Below are positions 60,030-64,000 of a stretch of 64,000 bases of DNA, one piece after another. The stretch lies in the NCBI GenBank assembly GCA_044869265.1, contig JBIOXD010000094.1, positions 905 through 64,904 of the forward strand, given 5' to 3'. The position numbers and the translations under genes are program-made. The stretch's first letter is position 1. Every line of letters starts with the position of its first letter. The notes beneath the pieces were generated by a model, which did not search any database, was not told the origin of the DNA, and saw nothing but the letters and a program-made list of their open reading frames with translations. Origin of the DNA: Gemmatimonadales bacterium. Lineage in GTDB: Bacteria > Gemmatimonadota > Gemmatimonadetes > Gemmatimonadales > GWC2-71-9.

Positions 60030-61220
60030 TCACTTGGGAAGCTTCGCCAGCCGCTGTTGCGCATCCGCCCGCAGGTCCGTCATCCGCATCGGCGCGAGTG
60101 CCAGGAACTTCGTGTACTCCTCATGTGCCAGATCGGACTGGCCGAACGACTCTGCGGCACGGCCCAGCAAATAGTGCGGCGGTGCAAAGCGGTCGTTCAG
60201 CACGGTCACGCGGTAGAGCTGTTGCACGCATTCCCGTATCCGGCCGGTATTGAACAGCGAGACCGCAAGGTCGAACAGCGCGGCTGGATCCTCGCTGTTT
60301 ACTTCCGCGGCGCGTTGCCGTTCGAGTAGCGCGGCCGAGTCTCTCCCGGCCTGCTCGTGGATGCTCGCCAAATAGGTGTGCGCCATGACGAGACCCAGAT
60401 CATGCTCGAGTGACTCCTGGTACAGGGCCATGGCGGTGTCGGTGTTTCCTGCGCGATGGTGCAGCGCCGCGAGCATGAAACGGTATTCATTGTCGTTGAG
60501 CGGAATGGGAATGACCTCAGCCCGCTGCAGCTGCTTGATGGTTCGCTCGAGCAGGGTTCGGAAATCGCGGATGGCAAGAGGGTATTGGGCGCTGTGGGCC
60601 GCGGCCAGGCCGCGGTACCACAGGATGTAATCGGGGACTTTGTCGGGACGTTTGGCCTCGTCGAACTCCGTCTGGGCCAGTTTCGCCAGTCGTTCTCGAG
60701 CTGAGGGGTAGCGACCCCGCGCCAGATCCACAGCCCACGCGTAGTAGCGCAGGTAGAGCTGATACTCTCGCAGGCTGAAGTCCAATGCCTGCGGCTCCTC
60801 GTCGGGCGCGTCAATTCCCAGGATTTCGAGGTTGACCATCGGATCGGTGCGAAATGCCCGCTGGTAAAGCTCGCGCGCTTCCTTGACGGCGGGCCGCCAG
60901 GCTTCCGGCACCCGGTCGCGCAGTTCCTCGTCGCGGAGCTGGGTCCTGCGCGCGTACGGGAGCGAAGCCAGCGCAAGGTACACTTCCGGGTAGCGTGGCT
61001 CCATCGCCATCGCGAGCCGAAGCAGGCTATCGGCCTGGCGCCAGTGGTGCTGCCTCCAGTGCGCCAGCCCGAGGTAATACTTCCGCTGGGCATCGTTCGT
61101 ATCTTCGCGCGCCCAGGCTTCCAGGTCCTTGAGATCTCGGCGGAGAATCCATGCGAGCTGTCCGTGGGCCTCTACGGGCGGGGCCAGCAGCAGCATCAGG
61201 ACGACGGCGAGTCGGCACAT
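60030..61220 (-). CDS. Secreted TPR protein (paralog 3)
   Basis: Signal peptide MCRLAVVLMLLLAPPVEAHG-Q; same motif series; C-terminal FLALAPMRM. Confidence 0.88.
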   Translation of the reverse strand: MCRLAVVLMLLLAPPVEAHGQLAWILRRDLKDLEAWAREDTNDAQRKYYLGLAHWRQHHWRQADSLLRLAMAMEPRYPEVYLALASLPYARRTQLRDEELRDRVPEAWRPAVKEARELYQRAFRTDPMVNLEILGIDAPDEEPQALDFSLREYQLYLRYYAWAVDLARGRYPSARERLAKLAQTEFDEAKRPDKVPDYILWYRGLAAAHSAQYPLAIRDFRTLLERTIKQLQRAEVIPIPLNDNEYRFMLAALHHRAGNTDTAMALYQESLEHDLGLVMAHTYLASIHEQAGRDSAALLERQRAAEVNSEDPAALFDLAVSLFNTGRIRECVQQLYRVTVLNDRFAPPHYLLGRAAESFGQSDLAHEEYTKFLALAPMRMTDLRADAQQRLAKLPK

Positions 61221-61307
61221 GGCCAGCCTGCGATGTTCGGAATTCGTAGTTATATGCAACAGCCCTGGCGATGATCCTCAAGCCGCCCCAAACGTCATAA
61301 CCCGCCG

Positions 61308-62960
61308 TCAGTTTCCCTTGCGGTAGATAACCCGGCCTCCCACAACGGTATACCGCGCCTGGATGGTCCCGAGCGACTCCGGTGCGACCGCAAACGGATC
61401 GCGATCGAGAATGACGACGTCCGCGTACCGCCCCGGCGCCAGCGTTCCCCATTTCTGCTCGTTGAACGTCGCCCAGGCGTTGCCATAGGTGTAGGCGCGC
61501 AGCGTCTCTCCGACGGTGATCTTCTGCTCCGGCACCCATCCAGCCGGGTTCTTGCCGTCGAGCGTGCGGCGCGTGACGGCGGCGTACACCCCAAGCATCG
61601 GATCGAGCGGCGCGACGGTCCAATCGGATCCGAACGCCAGCATTGCCTCAGTCTCGAGGAGTGTACGGAACGCGTAGGTTGTCCTGATCCGAACGGGACC
61701 GATGCGCTGCGCCAGCCAGCGACCGTCATCGATCGCGTGATACGGCTGCATCGACGCCACCACGTTCTGCCTGCCGAAGCGTGGGATGTCTTCGAGACGC
61801 AGATGTTGCGCGTGCTCCACGCGGAAGCGGCGATCGCGGGGGTCGTGCGCGCGCATGACGCTGTCGAAGATCGCGAGCACGATGGCATTGGCGCGGTCGC
61901 CGATGGCGTGCACTGCGACGTGCAGGCCGGCCGAATCGGCGGCGCCGATCCACCGCCGCATATCGGCTTCGGGATGCTGCATCAGACCACGGTAATTGGC
62001 GGAATCGGTAAAGGGCTCGAAAAAGAACGCCGTGCGTGACCCGGCGGAGCCGTCCATATACCCTTTCACGCCTCCAATGCGCACCCAATCATCCCCTGCG
62101 TCACGCGCCGCGCTGTCCGCGACCGCCTTCCAGCTCTCGAGCGGCAGGAAAACAGATACGCGGATCGTCAGGCGATTGGCCTGCTTGAGCCGGCGATAGC
62201 TGGCGAGATCCGCGAACGAAGCCGACATGTGCGCGGTCGCGGTCACCCCCAGGGCAGCCGCATGCGCGAGTGCGCGCGCGAGAGCGGAATCGCGCCGCTC
62301 AGGCGAGGGCTCGGGCGCGGCGCGCCAGATCAATTCCATCGCCTGGTCCTTGAAGATGCCGATCGGCGCGCCGCGAGCGTCACGAGGAATCTCACCGCCA
62401 CCGGGCACCGGCGTTTCGTTACCTACGCCGGCGGCACGCATCGCGGCGCTGTTCGCCAGACCCATATGGCCATCAAGGCGGCTGACGAACACGGGATTGT
62501 TCGGTGTGACGGAATCGATCCAGCCGTGCTGCGGCAGCGGAGCGCCGCGCCACAGCGTGTGATCCCAGTCGCCGCCGGTGATCCACTCCCCGGGCTTGAG
62601 TCGCGCCGCATAATCCTTCAGGCGGCGAACGAACACCTGCGGCGTCGCCGCATCACGCAGGTCCACGGATGCGAGCTGAAAGCCGCCATCGATGAAGTGG
62701 GTGTGCCCGTCCCCAAAGCCCGGCATAACGAGGCCGCCGGCCGCCTGCAGCACTTCGGTCTTGGATCCGATGTAGCGCGCGATTTCGGCTGAATCGCCGA
62801 CGGCGAGAATCTTGCCGTCGGCGATCGCCACGGCGCCCAGCTGCCCACGCCCCGTCGACAGGCCGGTCCACACGGGGCCACCCTGAATAACAAGTTCTGC
62901 TTTTTGCCCGCATCCCACGAGCGCGATTGACGTCAAGACGGCGCACGACGCACGACGCAC
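61308..62960 (-). CDS. Amidohydrolase 3 family (YtcJ-like) lipoprotein
   Basis: LVGC lipobox, PGFGDGHTH, DGH, KGYMDGS, HAIGDRA, RVEHAQ, SMQP.H, GSDW. Confidence 0.93.
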   Translation of the reverse strand: MRRASCAVLTSIALVGCGQKAELVIQGGPVWTGLSTGRGQLGAVAIADGKILAVGDSAEIARYIGSKTEVLQAAGGLVMPGFGDGHTHFIDGGFQLASVDLRDAATPQVFVRRLKDYAARLKPGEWITGGDWDHTLWRGAPLPQHGWIDSVTPNNPVFVSRLDGHMGLANSAAMRAAGVGNETPVPGGGEIPRDARGAPIGIFKDQAMELIWRAAPEPSPERRDSALARALAHAAALGVTATAHMSASFADLASYRRLKQANRLTIRVSVFLPLESWKAVADSAARDAGDDWVRIGGVKGYMDGSAGSRTAFFFEPFTDSANYRGLMQHPEADMRRWIGAADSAGLHVAVHAIGDRANAIVLAIFDSVMRAHDPRDRRFRVEHAQHLRLEDIPRFGRQNVVASMQPYHAIDDGRWLAQRIGPVRIRTTYAFRTLLETEAMLAFGSDWTVAPLDPMLGVYAAVTRRTLDGKNPAGWVPEQKITVGETLRAYTYGNAWATFNEQKWGTLAPGRYADVVILDRDPFAVAPESLGTIQARYTVVGGRVIYRKGN

Positions 62961-62965
62961 GACGC
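62943..62965. repeat. Heptamer tandem array (GCACGAC)x3 spanning the amidohydrolase start codon
   Basis: Three perfect units read directly; GTG start at 62960 lies within the array. Confidence 0.88.
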
Positions 62966-62971
62966 TTCCTC

Positions 62972-63223
62972 CTACCGCAGACGTGTGAGATTGCGGATTG
63001 TATCGATCGCAGCGATGGGATTCCCACCGGCGTCGGACTTGGGTTTCAGACTACTCAAACCGTCGCGAATGTCGAGGAGCACCTCGAGCAGGAGCTGCTC
63101 GCGTTGGTAGGCGGCATCGAGATCGAGCATGCGTCGCTCGTCGCCCCCCTGTTTGGCTCGCTCGTAGGCCTCACGGTACACCGCGTCGAGATTGTCGAGG
63201 ATCTGTTGGCGCTGCCGTGGCAT
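62972..63223 (-). CDS. Small helical hypothetical protein
   Basis: 83-aa ORF that fills the gap between co-oriented genes; amphipathic helices. Confidence 0.75.
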   Translation of the reverse strand: MPRQRQQILDNLDAVYREAYERAKQGGDERRMLDLDAAYQREQLLLEVLLDIRDGLSSLKPKSDAGGNPIAAIDTIRNLTRLR

Positions 63224-63235
63224 GCGCAGAAACTA

Positions 63236-63766
63236 TCAGTCCTGTGGACCGCGCTCCAGCGCGCGAATCAACGCGCGGCAGAACTGCGGCAGGTCGGCGG
63301 GTGTCCGTGACGAAATCAGATTGCCGTCCACAACGACGGCGCTGTCCTCCCACAGCACGCCGGCGTTTTCCATGTCGTCCTTGATTGCCCGAACACTCGT
63401 TGCACGTTTTCCCTTGAGGATCTTTGCGGAGATCGGCACCCAGCCGGCGTGACAAATGAAGGCGACGGGCTTGCCCGCTTGGTAGAGTTCGCGCGTAAGC
63501 TGGAGGACCTTCTCAAAGCGCCGCAGTTGGTCAGGTGCGAACCCCCCAGGAATCACCAGTCCGTCAAAATCGGAAGCTTGAACGTGATCCACCTGAGTGT
63601 CGACGGTGACCGGATAACCCCGCTTGCCCTGATACGTCTTCTCACCAATTCCAGCGACAACCGTTTGCGAACCCTCTTCCTCGAGTCGGATCTTGGGATA
63701 CCACAACTCCAGGTCTTCATAGAGCGGGCCCGCGAAGAAAAGCACGCGTTTTCCCTGCAGCGACAT
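63236..63766 (-). CDS. PfpI/DJ-1 family type 1 glutamine amidotransferase-like protein
   Basis: YEDLELWYP, IPGGFAPDQLR, AFICHAG, VVDGNLISSR.P.DL; GGAGG Shine-Dalgarno. Confidence 0.95.
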   Translation of the reverse strand: MSLQGKRVLFFAGPLYEDLELWYPKIRLEEEGSQTVVAGIGEKTYQGKRGYPVTVDTQVDHVQASDFDGLVIPGGFAPDQLRRFEKVLQLTRELYQAGKPVAFICHAGWVPISAKILKGKRATSVRAIKDDMENAGVLWEDSAVVVDGNLISSRTPADLPQFCRALIRALERGPQD

Positions 63767-63784
63767 ATGACCTCCGGTCAGTTA

Positions 63785-63816
63785 CGGTCCATCGGTCCAA
63801 CGGTCCGTCAGTCCGC
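63785..63816. repeat. Octamer tandem array C(G/A)GTCCnn x4 across the DUF1015 stop codon
   Basis: cggtccat cggtccaa cggtccgt cagtccgc. Confidence 0.85.
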
Positions 63817-64000
63817 CGATCTCAAGACAAGCCCGCTGGGCACCTTCGGCACGAAGTATGTGGATTTCGGCGGCATCACGTCGCCGGCGTCCGCGACCGC
63901 AAAAACTTGCTCCACTTTGGTCGGGTTCAGGAGCACCGCGACCGCGGCGCCACCCTGCCGCACCGACTGCAGCGCCTCGTTCGCATCCGCGGTGTAGCGC
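63808..64000 (-). CDS. DUF1015 family protein, C-terminal fragment
   Basis: Manual translation ...RYTADANEALQSVRQGGAAVAVLLNPTKVEQVFAVADAGDVMPPKSTYFVPKVPSGLVLRSAD*. Confidence 0.88.
   Translation of the reverse strand, partial: RYTADANEALQSVRQGGAAVAVLLNPTKVEQVFAVADAGDVMPPKSTYFVPKVPSGLVLRSAD

Overview
GC-rich, densely coding bacterial chromosomal segment with about 46 genes. Gene content and style suggest Gemmatimonadota; this is an inference, not a database result. I found no rRNA, tRNA, CRISPR array, integrase or transposase. Recognisable genes are msrA, lhr, ispH, pfkA, lon, a fused E1 alpha/beta 2-oxoacid dehydrogenase, several secreted peptidases (S9, two M14, M28, S41), two OmpA/TSP3 paralogs, a TonB-dependent receptor, a Ser/Thr kinase and several regulators with visible operator palindromes. 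The most notable observations are: (1) an Rdx/SelW-type selenoprotein (CVVU, in-frame TGA, SECIS-like hairpin) that the ORF track misses and that overlaps the pfkA start; (2) three paralogous exported TPR proteins clustered directly upstream of an S41 protease, resembling an expanded Prc-NlpI/CtpA-LbcA adaptor set; (3) dispersed 7-nt and 8-nt micro-repeat arrays inside protein loops, signal peptides and gene ends, including an identical 18-mer spanning two unrelated stop codons; (4) a DExH helicase whose motif order appears permuted; (5) an orphan multi-TM/GAF chemoreceptor heading an envelope gene run; (6) a PAS-Fis HTH protein lacking the AAA+ domain; (7) a LeuD-LeuC-order aconitase-family fusion.
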